From assembly GCF_009914755.1 (NCBI RefSeq), contig NC_060938.1: 64,000 nt of DNA. One strand, 5' to 3'. The DNA is from the human T2T-CHM13v2.0 reference genome, Homo sapiens. Made by a program: the position numbers and the translations under genes. The notes below the pieces were generated by a model, which saw only the letters and a program-made list of their open reading frames with translations, was not told the origin of the DNA and did no database searches. Positions 26,312-42,600 of the stretch are shown piece by piece; within the stretch, counting starts at the first letter, position 1; every line of letters begins with the position of its first letter.

Positions 26312-26764
26312 TGAGAAAAGAAAATAACTTTCACGTGAGAAACGCAAGTCCTTTGAAATAATCAGGCCCAGAGAGTTATTCAAATGAGACAGCAGTTCTG
26401 TCCTGCTCCTCTTTGAGCTGTGTGTTCATCTAGGCTGCTTGCTGTTGCCACAGTAGCTATAAATTAACCAATAACGCCACACCAGACACTACAATCCACA
26501 CCTAATAATAGTGTAACAGTGTATATCCAGTCACTAATAAATGTGAGTTCCATAAGCCAATGAGAATTTGTGACAAACCTCTTTGCATCATCCCATTTCT
26601 GGACCCTTTTTTGCCTTTAAGAAACTGCTTGTTGCAAAGCTCCAAAGGGAGTTCATATCCAAGGATACTTGGGTCTGTTTCTTCCAGGCAGCTGTCCTCA
26701 TTGTGGCTCAAGTATACTCTTTGAATTACGTTTTGTGCTTCAGCCCCTTCCACTTAGATTAACA
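26312..26764 (+). mobile_element. ERV1 solo LTR (MER67/LTR54-like)
   Basis: TG...CA termini (TGAGAAAAGAAAATAAC...TTAGATTAACA) with 4-bp TSD ACAT on both sides; internal ATCAGGCCCAGAGAG and CAGCTGTCCTCA..TGGCTCAAGTA. Confidence 0.75.
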
Positions 26765-26880
26765 ACATGGATTTGTGTCACCATGTACAGCAATTAAAAT
26801 GTTTACACTTTTCCCCTCGAGGGCACTGATGTGTTTTCCTGAGCACTTGGAATAGCTACATAGTGTTTACTTTCTATATT

Positions 26881-27072
26881 ATGTTTTCTCAACCTTGGTG
26901 TACTTTCCTTTAGGACCAGAGGATTCTTTGTTGTGGGAGGCTGCCCTAGCAATGCTAGGTGATTCGTTTGACCTCTAAATTTCACACCTCCACCAGTCTT
27001 GACATCCCCACAAAAACCCTAGATATTGACAAATGTCTCCTGGGGAAAACTCTCCACCGGTTGACAGCTCAA
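26881..27072 (-). mobile_element. MER20 hAT-Charlie DNA transposon
   Basis: TTTCTCAACCTTGG...ATTCTTTGTTGTGGGAGGCTGCCCT...AGATATTGACAAATGTCTCCTGGGG...CCGGTTGA. Confidence 0.75.
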
Positions 27073-27499
27073 AGTTCTTGAAATATTGGAATTGTCAATT
27101 GAGTTTTTATGTTATCCAAAACAAATATTTTTCTTTGTTTTTAAACATCTACTTCCATCTACTTATCTACTTATTTTTACTTTTATTTGTAACTTAATTC
27201 CATCAAGGAGAGAGAGTGCATTTTCTGTTATGCTAAATTTTTGAAGAGTGCATTGATTTTTTATGACCTGATATATGGATGATATGTAGATATTACATGT
27301 TTGTATTATCAAATTTCAGGGCGATAATAAAATAAATACTTATAATATTTATATTGTCACTTTATATTAGTTATTTTCTTTCTTCACTACAGGAGTTTTT
27401 CAACCTGTAGGCTATTTTTCAATTCTAGGTTATCCAGTAGATTTTGAAATGTTAAGATTAAATATCTACTTCTCAAGCATTCATCTTTGCAAATGAATC

Positions 27500-28030
27500 A
27501 ATCCCAAGCTCTTATAATGCACATCATATAAAGGACAGATTAGTCAATATATGGTTCAGAAATAGTTATGTAACATATATAAGAAAATTAAAAATTTAGA
27601 TCCTTAACTCAGATAACAATAATCCAAATTAAAATTTGATTTCATTACATAATTTAAAATGACACCAGAATACTAGTAAAAATGTAGATAAGTTTATATA
27701 ATCCTTTTTAGCTGTAGGACTTTATTATCATAAATTCAAATACAGGAGCCAAAGTAAGATTGAGACCTATAGTCAAGGGTTAAAGTGTACACATTATAGG
27801 GGCATGATTAATCTAACTTAAAGCATAACATGGAGAAATATTGCAAAACATACATGTTACTGAATTGTTAATATGTAATCATTAAGTGAGAGCAAAGGTA
27901 AAGAGTAGCTACACACACACACACACACAAAGTGCAATATTGTCAAATATATGTGATGTTCAGCTACACTAGAAATCACACCTGTGTTTTCTCCACAGAA
28001 GTGTAAAGATTAAAAATCACAATAATATTT
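27500..28030 (+). mobile_element. Degraded L1 ORF2 3' fragment
   Basis: GATTAGTCAATATATGGTTCAGAAATAGT...AAAAATTTAGATCCTTAACTCA...AATACTAGTAAAAATGTAGAT. Confidence 0.5.
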
Positions 28031-28039
28031 ATTGTACAT

Positions 28040-28968
<929 letters not shown>

Positions 28969-29665
28969 AGAGAAAAGACAAATATATAGGTGACAAATAA
29001 TATTTAGAGTGTAAGACGCTTTTTAAAGGTATATTTGCAATTTGTTTCAAAACATTTAAATATACATTTGTTACTTTAACTATAAAATTTCAAATAATTT
29101 AAGCTAAATACATAGTATATGCAGAAAATTTAGCAATATTTGTATGTAGTACCTTACTGTGCATTACTGTAACCAGCTGTCTAATATAAAGAACTAATTA
29201 AGGTAACAACTACTTTTCAAATATCTCATTTTTTCACAGACCTATTAAATAAGACAAATAACATATAAACTTTGTTTTTAATTTTACAGAATAGTAGTTT
29301 TCAGAAGATGGTTTATTTTAGCAAATTCCATCTTCACATTGTGCTATGCTTTTATGAGTACCAGCTGTTAAAGGATAATATTTTACTGCTGAATCTATCA
29401 TGTGTGATATAATTGCTCATTATGTGCCTTAAAACACAAGCAATATAGTTATTTTCAATTTGCAGCAAATTAAAATCTTATCAGCCATTTAAAAACTCTA
29501 GAGTTGTCTTCTTCTGGTTAATTATTTTAAACATGTATTTTTCTCTCTATGTTTTTAGTGCGTTGTCTTATCAAGGAGAAGAACTCAAGCTGATTATTCT
29601 TTTTTTTCTTTCCCATCCACCTCGCAGGTGTGTTAATAATTACATTTCTCAGAAAATGTTCTTTC

Positions 29666-29972
<307 letters not shown>

Positions 29973-30612
29973 AGAAAATGTTCTTTCATATCCATCTTAC
30001 AAGATGAGAGAGCTTTTAAAATCTTCCATTCGGATGTGATAGGAGTAATGCAAAATATTCCAGCTTCATGAATATGGTGATACAAATAGTTATCCGTCTA
30101 ACCTCTTTCAGTGCCAAATGTATACTTTAGTCAGTGAATTAGTTGACTGGTAATTTCTTCTGAAATCACAAATGAGAGGATCAGAGGTCTGGCTCTTGTC
30201 TGTACCGCATATGACTCCCAGTGCAGACAATTGTTTCTATGGAGCACAGACAGTTGAAAGGATTGACTTCCTGCCTAGAATAGTTTCTCTTGTGCTTCTT
30301 ATCCTTCTTGTGGAGATTTCAGATTATCTGAATTGCTTTTCTATCTTAAGAAAAAACTCAACAATTCTGCCACCTGAGAGGAATGGAAACTGTAGTAAGT
30401 TAGCAGAACCAATCCGTAAAGTTTTACATTGTTTTTTGTAAAATGCAGCTTTGGTGTCTCCATCACTAACCTTTTCTATCCCTCATTGCTCTTTCTTTGA
30501 CTGCAATAGGATACCTCTAGGCACATCTGTATTCCCGAGACAGAGTGCCGTTTTGGTTAGCTATAAGTACACTCAATGGTAGGCGGAAATACTAGCTTTT
30601 ATCTACGGCGAA

Positions 30613-33600
30613 ATTCCATTCCACTACACTCCATTCCACTCCACTCCACTCCACGCTATTCAATTCCATTCCACCCCATTCCATTCCACTTCATTCCACT
30701 CCACTGCACTCCACTTCACTGCATTCCGTTCCATTCCACTTCACTCCATTCTACTCCACTCCACTCCATTCCACTCCATTCCATTCCACTCCAATCCACT
30801 CCATTCCACTGCACTTCACTCCATTCCACTCCATTCCACTCCACTCCATTCCACTCCACTCCATTCCATTCCATTCCATTCCATTCCATTCCATTCCATT
30901 CCACTCCATTCCATTCCATTCCATTCCACTCCACTCCACTCAATTCCATTCCACTCCATTCCACTCTACTCCAATCCACTCCACTCCACTACATTGCATT
31001 CCATTACATTACATTCCATAATAAATCCACTCCATTCCCTTCCTTTCTTTCGACAGGATTTCACTCTGTCACCCAGGCTGGAGTGCAGTGCAAAATCTCA
31101 GCTCACATTTCTTTTCACCATTCCATTCCATGCCATTGCATTCCATTCCATTCCACTCCACTCCGTACAATTCCATTCCTCCCCATTACATTCCACTCCA
31201 CTAACTTCCACTCCACTCCACTCCACTCCAATCACTTCCATTCTACCCCATTCCATTCCACTTCATTCCACTCCATTCCACTCCACTTCACCGCATTCCA
31301 ATTGATTCCATTCGATACCATTCCATTCCATTCCATTTGATTTCATTTGATTCAATTACATTCCATGTCACTCCATTCCATTCCACTCCATTCCACTCCA
31401 CTCCACTCCACTTCATTCCACTCCACTCCATTCCACTCCATTCCACTGCACTCCAATCCACTCCACTCAACTCCAATCCACTCCACTCAACTCCAATCCA
31501 CTCCACTCCATTCCATTCCACTCCATTCTACACCTTTCCACTCCAATCCATTCCATTCCATCCCATTCCATTCCACTCCATTCCACTCCAATCCACTACA
31601 ACCCACTCCACTCCACTGCACTCCATTCCATAAGAATCCATACCACACCATTCCACTCCACTCCACTCCATGATAATCCACTCTGCTCCACTCCATTCCA
31701 TTCCATTCCATTCCATTCCATTCCATTCCATTTTAAATCCATTCAATTCCATTCCTTTCTTTTGACAGGATCTCACAAGGTCACCCAGGCTGGAGTGCAG
31801 TGCACAATCTCAGCTCACATTTCATTTCACCATTCCATTCCATTCCATTCCATTCCGCTTCACTCCACTCCACTCCACTCCGTTCCATTCCATTCCTTCC
31901 CTTTTCATTCCATTCCACTCCATTCCACTACACTCCATTGAATTACATTCCACCCCATTCCATTCCACTCCATTCCACTCCACTCCACACCATTTCACCG
32001 CATTACGTTCCATTCCACTCCATTCCATTCCATTCCATTTGATTCCTTTCGATTCCATTCCAATTCATTCCATTCCATTCCACTCCACTCCACCCCATTG
32101 AATTGCACTCCATTCCACTCCACTCCACCCCATTCCACTCCACTCCAGTCCATTCCACTCCATTCCACTCCACTCAATTCCACTCCATTCCACTGCACTC
32201 AATTCCACTCCATTCCACTGCACTCAATTCCATTCCACTCCAGTCCATTCCATTCCACTCCAGTCCATTCCATTCCACTCCAGTCCATTCCACTCCACTC
32301 CAGTCCATTCCAATCCACTCCATTTCATTCCACTCCACTCCATTCAATTCCACTCCACTTCACTCCACTCCACTCCATTCCACTCCACTCCACTCCACTC
32401 CAGTGTTCTACATTCCACTGCAGTCCACTCCGTTCCACTCCATTCCATTCCACTGCACTCAACTCCCCTCCACTCCACTCCAATCCACTATATTCCATTC
32501 CATTCTACACCTTTCCACTCCATTCCACTCCACTCAATACCATTCCATCCCATTCCATTCCACTCCATTCCACTCCACTCCACCCCACTCCACTCCACCC
32601 CACTCCATTCCATTCCATTCCATAACAATCCATACCACTCAATTCCACTCCACTCCATTCCATGCCACTCCACTCCACTCCACTCAATTCCATTCCATTC
32701 CACTCCATTCCATTGTAAATCCATTCCATTCCACTCCTTTCTTTTGACGGGATCTCACTCTGTCACTCAGGCTGGAGTTCAGTGCACAATCTTAGCTAAC
32801 ATTTCATGACACCATTCCATTCCATTCCATTCCATTCCATTCCATTCCATTTGATTCCTTTTGATTCCATTCCATTTCATTCCACTCCACTCCACCCCAC
32901 TCCCCTCCATTCCACTCCATTCCTCTACACTCCATTCCACTCCATTCCATTCCACTCCACTCAACTCCACTCCACTCCAGTAAACTCCATTCCATTCCAT
33001 TCCATTCTATAAATTTCCACTCCTCTCCACTCCATTCCATTCCATCCCATTCCATTCCACTCCATTCCAGTCCACTCCATTCCAGTCCACTCCATTCCAC
33101 CCCACTCCAATACACTCCACTCCATTACATTCTGTTCCATAACAATCCATAACACTCCATTCCACTGCACTCCACTCCACTCCATGCCACTCCACTCCAC
33201 TCCATTCCATTACATTCCATTCTAAATCCATTCCATTCCAATCCTTTCTTTCAACAGGATCTCATTCTATCAACCAGGCTGCACTGCACTGCACAATCTC
33301 AGCTCACATTTCATTTCACCATTCCATTCCATCCCATTGCATTCTATTCCATTCCAATGCATTCCATTGCATTCCACTCCACTCCACTCCACTCCACTCC
33401 GTTCAATTCCATTCCTTCCGATTCCATTCCACTCAATTCCATTCCAATCCACTCCACTCCGTTGAATTCCATTCCACCCCATTCCATTCTACTCCATTCC
33501 ACTTCAGCGCATTCCATTCGATTCCATTCAATGCCATTTGTTTCCATTAGATTCGATTCCATACAATTCCATTCGATTCCATTTTTTCCATTCGATTCCT

Positions 33601-36600
33601 TACAATTCCATTCGATTCCATTTTTTCCATTAGATTCCGTTTGATTCCATTTGATTCCATTCGATTCGATTTCATTCGGTTTGATTCGATTCCATTCGAT
33701 TCCATTCAATTCCATTCCATTCCATTCTGATCCACTCCATTCCACTCCACTCCATTGCACTCCACTCCATTCCACCTCATACCATTCCACTCCATTCCAT
33801 TCCATTCCATTTCATTCCATTGCATTCTAAATCCATTCTATTCCATTCCTTTCTTTCGACAGGATCTCACTCTCTCACCCAGGATGGAGTGCAGTGCACA
33901 ATCTCAGCTCACATTTCAATTCGCCATTCCATGCCATTCTATTCCATTTCATTCCATTCCATTCCATTCCACTCCATTGCATTCCATTCCATTCCACTCC
34001 ACTCCACTTTACTCCATTCCACTCCACTCCATTCCATTCCAGTCCACTCCATTCCACTCCACTCCACTCCCTTTCATTCCAATCCACTCCACTCCATTCC
34101 ACTCCATTTCACTAAACTCCACTCCACTCCATTCCACTCCATTCCATTCCACTCCACTCAATTCCAGTCCACTCCATTCCATTCCATTCCATTCTACACC
34201 TTTCCACTTCACTCCACTCAACTGCACTCCATTCCATTCCATCCCAATCCACTCCACTCCATTCCACTCCACCCCACCCCAGAGCACTCCACTTCACTCC
34301 ATTGCATTCCATTCCATAACAATCCATACCATTCTGCTCCACTCAACTCCACTCCACTCCACTCCACTCCCAGCCACTTCACTCCACTTCATTCCATTAC
34401 ATTCCATTGTAAATCTATTCCATTCTATTCCTTTTTTACGAAAGGATCTCACTCTGTCACCCAGGTTGGAGTGCAGTGCACAATCTCAGCTCACATATCA
34501 TTTCACCATTCCAGTCCATTCCATTCCATTGCATTCCATTCCACACCACTCCACTCCACTCCACTCCATTCAATTCCATTCCTTCCCAGTGCATTCCACT
34601 CCAATCCATTCCACTCCACTTCACTCCACTCCATTAAATTTCATTCCACCCCATTCCATTCCACTCCATTCCACTCCACTCCATTCCACTTCACCACATT
34701 CCATTAAATTCCATTCGATGCCATTCAATTCCATTCCATTTGATTCCATTCCATTCCATTCCATTCCATTCTATTCCATTCCATTCAATTCCAATCCATT
34801 CCATTCCATTCCACTCCATTCCACTCCACTCCATTTCATTCCCTTCTATTATATTCCATTCCACTCCATTCAATTCCATTCCATTCCACTCAATTCCATT
34901 CCACTGCACTCCACTCCATTCCACTCCACTCTGCTCGACTCCATTCCATGCCATTCCACCCCACTCCATTTCACTTCTTTTCACTCCATTCCTTTCCCTT
35001 CCATTCCATTCCACTCCACTCCGTTCCACTCCACTCCACGCCACTCCACTCCAGTCTACTCCATTCCATTACGTTCCATTCTAAATCCATTCCATTATAT
35101 TGCATTCTAAATCCATTCCATTCCCTTCCTTTCTTTCGACAGGATCTCACTCTTTCTCCCAGGCTAGAGTGCAGTGCGCAATCTCAGCTCACATTTCATT
35201 GCACCATTCAGTTCTATTCCATTCCATTGCATTTCATTCCACTCCACTCTGTTCAATTCCATTCCTTCCCATTCCATTCCATTCCACTCCACTCCACTCC
35301 ACGCTAATCCACTCCACTCCACTCCATTACATTACATTCTATTTTAAATCCATTCAATTCCATTCCTTTCTTTGGACAGGATCGCACTACATCACCCAGG
35401 CTGCATTGCACTGCAGAATCTCAGCTCACATTTCATTTCACCATTCCATTCCGTTGCATTCCATTCCACTCCACTCCACTGCACTCCGTTCAATTCCATT
35501 CCTTCCCATTCCGTTCCATGTGATTCCATTCCACTCCACTCCAGTCCCTTGAATTCCATTCCACCCCATTCCGTTCCACTCCATTCCACTCCACTCCATT
35601 CCAGTTCTCTGTATTCCATTTGATTCCATTCGATATCATTCGATTCCATTTGATTCGATTCCATTCAATTCCATTCGATTCCATTTTTTCCATTTGATTC
35701 CATTCGATTCCATTCGATTCCATTTGAATCTATTCCATTCGATTTCATTCTATTCCATTCGATTCGTTTCCATTCCATTCCACTCCACTCCACTCCATTC
35801 CCCTCCACTCCATTCCACCCCATTCCATTCCACTGCATTCCATTTCATTCCATTTCATTCCATTCCATTCTAAATCCATTCCATTCCATTCTTTTCTTTC
35901 GACAGGATCTCACTCTCTCACCCAGGCTGGAGGGCAGTGCACAATCTCAGCTCACATTTCATTTCACCATTCCATGCCATTCCACTCCATTGCATTCGAT
36001 TCCATTCCATTCCACTCCATTGCATTCCATTCCATTCCACTCCACTCCACTACACTCCATTCCACTCCACTCCATTCCATTCCAGTCCACTCCATTCCAT
36101 TCCATTCCACTCCACTCCACTCCATTTCATTCGAATCCACTCCACTCCATTCCACTCCATTCCAGTAAACTCCACTCCACTCCCCTCCATTCCACTCCAC
36201 GCCATTCCACTCCATTCCATTCCACCCCACTCAATTCCACTCCACTCCACTACATTCCATTCCATTCTACACCTTTCCACTCCACTCCACTCCATTCCAT
36301 TACATCACATTCCATTCCACTCCATTCAACTCCACTCCACTCCACCCCACAGTACTCCACTCCACTCCATTGAATTCCATTCCATAACAATCCATACCAT
36401 TCCGTTCCACTCCACTCCAATCCACTCCACGACACTCCACTCCACTCCATTCCATTACATTCCATTGTAAATCCATTCCATTCCTTTCCATTCTTATGAC
36501 AGGATCTCACTCTGTCACCCAGGTTGGAGTACAGTGCACAGTCTCAGCTCACATATCATTTCACCATTCCAGTCCATTGCATTCCATTCCACACCACTCC

Positions 36601-39600
36601 ACTCCACTCCGTTCAATTCCATTCCTTCCCAGTCCATTCCACTCCACTCCATTCTACTCCACTTCACTCCACTCCATTAAATTTCGTTCCACCCCATTCC
36701 ATTCCACTCCATTCCCCTCCACTCCACTTCACCACATTCCATTCAATTCCATTCGATGACATTCAATTCCATTCCATTCGATTCCATTCCATTCCATTCC
36801 ATTTGATTCCAATCCATTCCATTCCATTACACTCAATTCCACTCCACTCCATTCCAATCCACTCCACTCCACTCCATTCCATTACCTTCCATTGTATGGC
36901 ATTCCACTCCATTCCATTCCATTCCACTCAATGTCATTCCACTCCACTCCATTCCATTTCACTCCACTCCGCTCGACTGCATTCCATGCCATTCCACCCC
37001 ACTCCATTTCACTTCTTTTCACTCCATTCCATTCCATTCCATTCCAATCCATTCCACTCCACTCCATTCCACTCCACTCCACTCCACTCCAATGTACTCC
37101 ATTTCATTACATTCCATTCTAAATCCATTCCATTATATTCCATTCTAAATCCATTTCATTCCCTTCCTTTCTTTCGACAGGATCTCACACTCTCACCCAG
37201 GCTGGAATGCAGTGCACAATCTCAGCTCACATTTCATTTCAGCATTCCATTTGATTCCATTCCATTGCATTTCATTCCACTCCACTCCACTCCATTCAAT
37301 CCCATTCCTTCCCAATCCTTTCCACTCCACTCCATTCTACTCCACTCCACTCCATTCATTTCAATTCCACCCCTTTTCATTCCACTCCATTCCAATCCAC
37401 TCCACTGCATTTCACTGCATTCCATTTGATTCTGTTCCATTCATTTCCATTCCATTGCCTTCAACTCCATTCAATTCCATTCGATTCCATTCCATTCGAT
37501 TCCATTCCATTCGATTCTGTTCCATTCCATTCCATTCCATTCCATTGCCTTCCATTACATTCCATTCCACTTCACTCCCTTCCGTTTCATTCTATTCCAT
37601 TCCACTACATTCCACTCTACTCCAATACACTCCACTCCATTCCACTGCACTCCAATCCACTCCACTAAACTCCACTCCACTCCTCTCCATTGCATTCTAT
37701 TCTACACCTTTCCACTCCACTCCACTCCACTTCACCGCATTCCAATCGATTCCATTTGATGCCATTCGATTCCATTCGATTCCATTCCATTCCATTCCAT
37801 TCCATTGCACTCCACTCCACTCCACTCCATCCCACTCCAATCCATTCAACTCCATTCCACTCTACTCCAATCCACTCCACTCATATCCAATCCACTCCAC
37901 TCCACTCCATTCCAATCCGTTCTACAGCATTCCACTCCACTCCACTCCATTACATTTCATCTCATTCCATTCCACTCCATTCCACTCCACTACACCCCAC
38001 TCCAGTCCACTGCATTCCATTCGATTCCATAAGAATCCATACAACTCCATTCCACTCCACTCCACTCCACGCTATTCCACTCTACTCCACTCAGTTCTAT
38101 TACCTTCCATTTCAAATCCATTCCATTCCATTCCTTTCTTTTGACAGGATCTCATTAGGTCACCCAGGCTGGATTGCAGTTCATAATCTCAGCTCACATT
38201 TGATTTCTCCATTCCATTCCATTGTATTCCATTCCACTTCACTCCACTCCACTCCACTCTGTTCAATTCCATTCCTTCCCATCCCATTCCACTCCTCGCC
38301 ATTCCACTCTACTCCACTCCATTGAATTCCATTCCACCCCATTCCATTCCAGTCCATTCCACTCCACTCCACAATATTTCACCACATTCCATTCCATTCC
38401 GTTCCATTCCATTCCATTCCATTCCAATTTCTTTCCATTCCATTCCATTTCATTTCATTCCATTCCATTCCATTCCATTCCACTGCACTTCACTCCACTC
38501 CATTACACTGCACTCCATTCCACTCCACTCCACTCCATTCCATTCCATTCCACTCCACTTCACTCCACTCCATTACACTGTACTCCATTCCACTCCACTC
38601 CACTCCATTCCATTCCATTCCACTCCATTCCACTCCAGTCAGGTCCATTCTACTCCATTCCACTCCACTTTATTCCACTCCACTCCAATGCACTTCATTC
38701 CATTCCACTCCACTCCACACCATTCCAACCCAGTCCATTCCATTCCACTCCAGTCAATTCCACTCCACTGCAGTCCATTCCACTCCACTCCATTCCATTC
38801 CACTCCACTCCATTCCATTCCACTCCACTTCACTCCACTCTGCTCCATTCCACTCCACTCAACTCCATTCCACTCCATTCCATTCCACTGCACTCAGCTC
38901 CCTTCCAATCCACTCCACTCCACTATACTCCATTCCATTCCATTCTACACCTTTCCACTCCACTCCACTCCCCTCCATTCCATTCCATCTCATTCCATTC
39001 CACTCCATTACACTCCACTCCACTTCACCCCACTCCACTCCATTCCATTCCATTCCATAAGAATCCATACCACTCCATTCCACTCCACTCCTCTCCACAC
39101 TACTCCACTCCACTCCAGTCCATTCCATTACATTCCATTTTAAATCTGTTCCCTTCCATTCGTTTCTTTTGACAGGATCTCACTAGGTCACCCAAGCTGG
39201 AGTGCAGCGCACAATCTCAGCTGATAATTCATTTCACCATTCCATTCCATTGCATTCCACTCCACTCCACTAAACTCCACTCTGTTCAATTCCATTCCTT
39301 CCCATTCCATTCCACGCGACTCCATGCCACTCAACTGCACTCCAATCCATTTAATTCCATTCCACCCCATTCCATTCCACTCCATTCCACTCCTCTCCAC
39401 AACATTTCATCGCATTCCATTCCATTCCATTCCATTCCATGATTCCTTTTGATTCCATTCCATTTCATTCCGTTCCATTCCATTCCACTACACTCCACTC
39501 CATTGCACTGCACTCCATGCCACTCCACTCCAATCCATTCCATTCCATTCCACTCCAATCCACTCCACTCCAGTCCATTCCACTCCATTCCACTCCACTC

Positions 39601-42600
39601 CATTCTACTCCAGTCCACTCTACTGCACTCCATTCCATTCCACTCCACTCCATACCATTCCATTCCACTCCATTCCATTCCACACTAGTCCATTCCACTC
39701 CACTCCATTGCTTTCCACTCCACTCCATTCCATTCCACTCCACTTCATTCACTCCACTCCACTCCTCTCCATCCCACTCCACTGCATTCCACTCCATTCC
39801 ATTACACTGCTCTCAACTCCCCTCCACTCCACTCCACTATATTCCATTCCATTCCATTCTACACCTTTCCACTCCACTCTACTCCTCTCCATTCCATTCC
39901 ATCCCAATCCATTCCACTCCATTCCCTTCCACTCCATTCCACCCAAGTATACTCCACTCAACTCCATTCCATTCCATTCCATTCCATAACAATACATACC
40001 ACTAAATTCCACTCCACTCTACTCTACGCCACTCCACTCCATTTCATTCCATTCCATCCCATTCCATTCCACTCCATTCCACTCCACTCCACCCCACTTC
40101 ACTCCACTCCACTCCATTCCATTCCATTCCATGAAAATCCATACAACTCAACTCCACTCCACTCCACTCCACGACACTCCACTCCACTCCACTCCACTCC
40201 ATTATATTACATTCCATTGTAAATTCATTCCATTCCATTCCTTTCTTTTGACGGAATCTCACTCTGTCACCCAGGCTGGAGTGCAGTGCACAATCTCAGC
40301 TCACATTTCATTTCACCATTCTATTCCATTCCATTCCATTGCATTCCATTCCATTCCATTCCATTCCACTCCACTCCACCCCACTCCACTCCATTCCACT
40401 CCACTCCATTCCACTCCATTCCATTCCATTCCACTCAACTCCACTCCACTCCACTCAACTCCATTCCATTACATTCCATTCTACACATTTCCTCTCCACT
40501 CCACTCCATTCCATTCCATCCCATTCCATTCCACTCCATTCCAGTCCTCTCCATTCCATCCCCCTCCACTCCACTCCACTGCATTCCATTCCATAACAAT
40601 CCATACCTCTCCATTCCACCGCACTCCACTCCACTCCATTCCATTCCATAACAATCCATACCTCTCCATTCCACCACACTCCACTCCACTCCACGCCACT
40701 CCACTCCACTCCATTCCATTTTAAATCCATTCCTTTCCATTCCTTTCTTTTGACAGGGTCTCACTCTATCACCCAGGCTGAACTGAGGTGCACAATCTCA
40801 GTTCATATTTCATTTCCCCATTCCATTCCATTCCATTCCATTCCATTCCATTCCACTCCATTCCATTCTATTCCAATGCATTCCATTCCATTCCATTGCA
40901 TTCCATTACACTCCACTCCACTCCACTCCGGTCAATTCCATTCCTTCCCATTCCATGCCGTTTGATTCCATTCCACTCCACTCCACTCCATTGAATGCCA
41001 TTCCACCCCATTCCATTCCACTCCATTCCACTGCACTCCATTCCTCTTCACCGCATTCCATTTGGTTCCTTTGATGCCATTCGATTCCATTTGATTCGAT
41101 TCCATTCAAATCCATTTTTTCCATTCGATTCCATTCGACTCAATTCCATTCAATTCGATTTGATTCAATTCGATTTGATTCCATTCGATTCCATTCCATT
41201 ACATTCCACTCCACTCCACTCCATTCCACTCCACTCCATTCCACTCAATTCCACTCCATTCCATTCCATTCCATTCTTTCTAAATCCATTCCATTCCATT
41301 CCATTCCATTCCATTCCATTCCATTCCATTCTTTCTAAATCCATTCCATTGCATTCCTTTCTTTTGACAGGATCTCACTCTCTCACCCAGGCTGGAGTGC
41401 AGTGCACAATCTCAGCTCACATTTAATTTCACCATTCTATGCCATTCCATTCCATTGCATTCTATTCCATTCCATTCCAATCCATTGCATTCCATTCCAT
41501 TCCACTCCACTCCACTCCATTCCACTCCACTCCATTCCATTCCAGTGCACTCCATTCCTCACCACTCCACTCCACTACACTCCACTCCCTTTCATTCCAA
41601 TCCACTCCACTCCATTCCACTCTATTCCACTAAACTAAACTCTACTCCACTCCATTTCATTCCATTCTTCACATTTCCACTCCATTCCACTCCACTCCTC
41701 TCCATTCCATTCCATCCCATTCCATTCCACTCCACTCCACTCCACCCCACAGCACTCCATTCCACTCCATTGCATTCCATTCCATAACAATCCATACCAT
41801 TCCGTTCCACTCCACTCCAGTCCATTCCACTCCACTCCACTCCACTGCACTGCATTCCATTACATTCCTTTCTAAATCCATTCCATTATATTCCATTCTA
41901 AATCCGTTCCATTATATTCCATTCTAAATCCGTTCCATTCCCTTCCTTTCTTTCAACAGGATCTCACTCTCTCACCCAGGCTGGAGTGCAGTGTGTAATC
42001 TCAGCTCACATTTCATTTCAGCATTCCATTCTATTCTGTTCCATTGCATTTCATTCCACTCCACTCCACTACCCTCCGTTCAATTCCATGCCTTCCCATT
42101 CCATTCCACTCCACTCCATTCTACTCCACTCCACTGCATTCATTTCCATTCCATCCCTTTTCATTCCACTCCATTCCACTCCACTCCACTCCATTTCACC
42201 GCATTCCATTTGGTTCCATTCCATTCATTTCCATTCCGTTGCATTTGAATCCATTCAATTCCATTCGATTCCATTCCATTCAATTCCATTCCATTCCCTT
42301 CGATACCATTCCATTGAATTCCATTCCATTCCATTCCGTTCCATTCCATTCCACTCCATTCCATTTCGTTCGATTCCATTCCACTCCACTCCACTCTACT
42401 CCACTCCACTCAACTCCATTCCACTCCACTCCGTTCCACTGCACTACCTTCCATTCCACTCAAATCCACTTCACTCCACTCCTCTCCTTTCCATTCCATT
42501 TCATTCTACACTTTTCCACTCTACTCCACTCTACTCCACTCCACTCCAGTCCACTCCATTCCACACCACTCCATTCCACTCGATTTCACTGCATTCCAAT

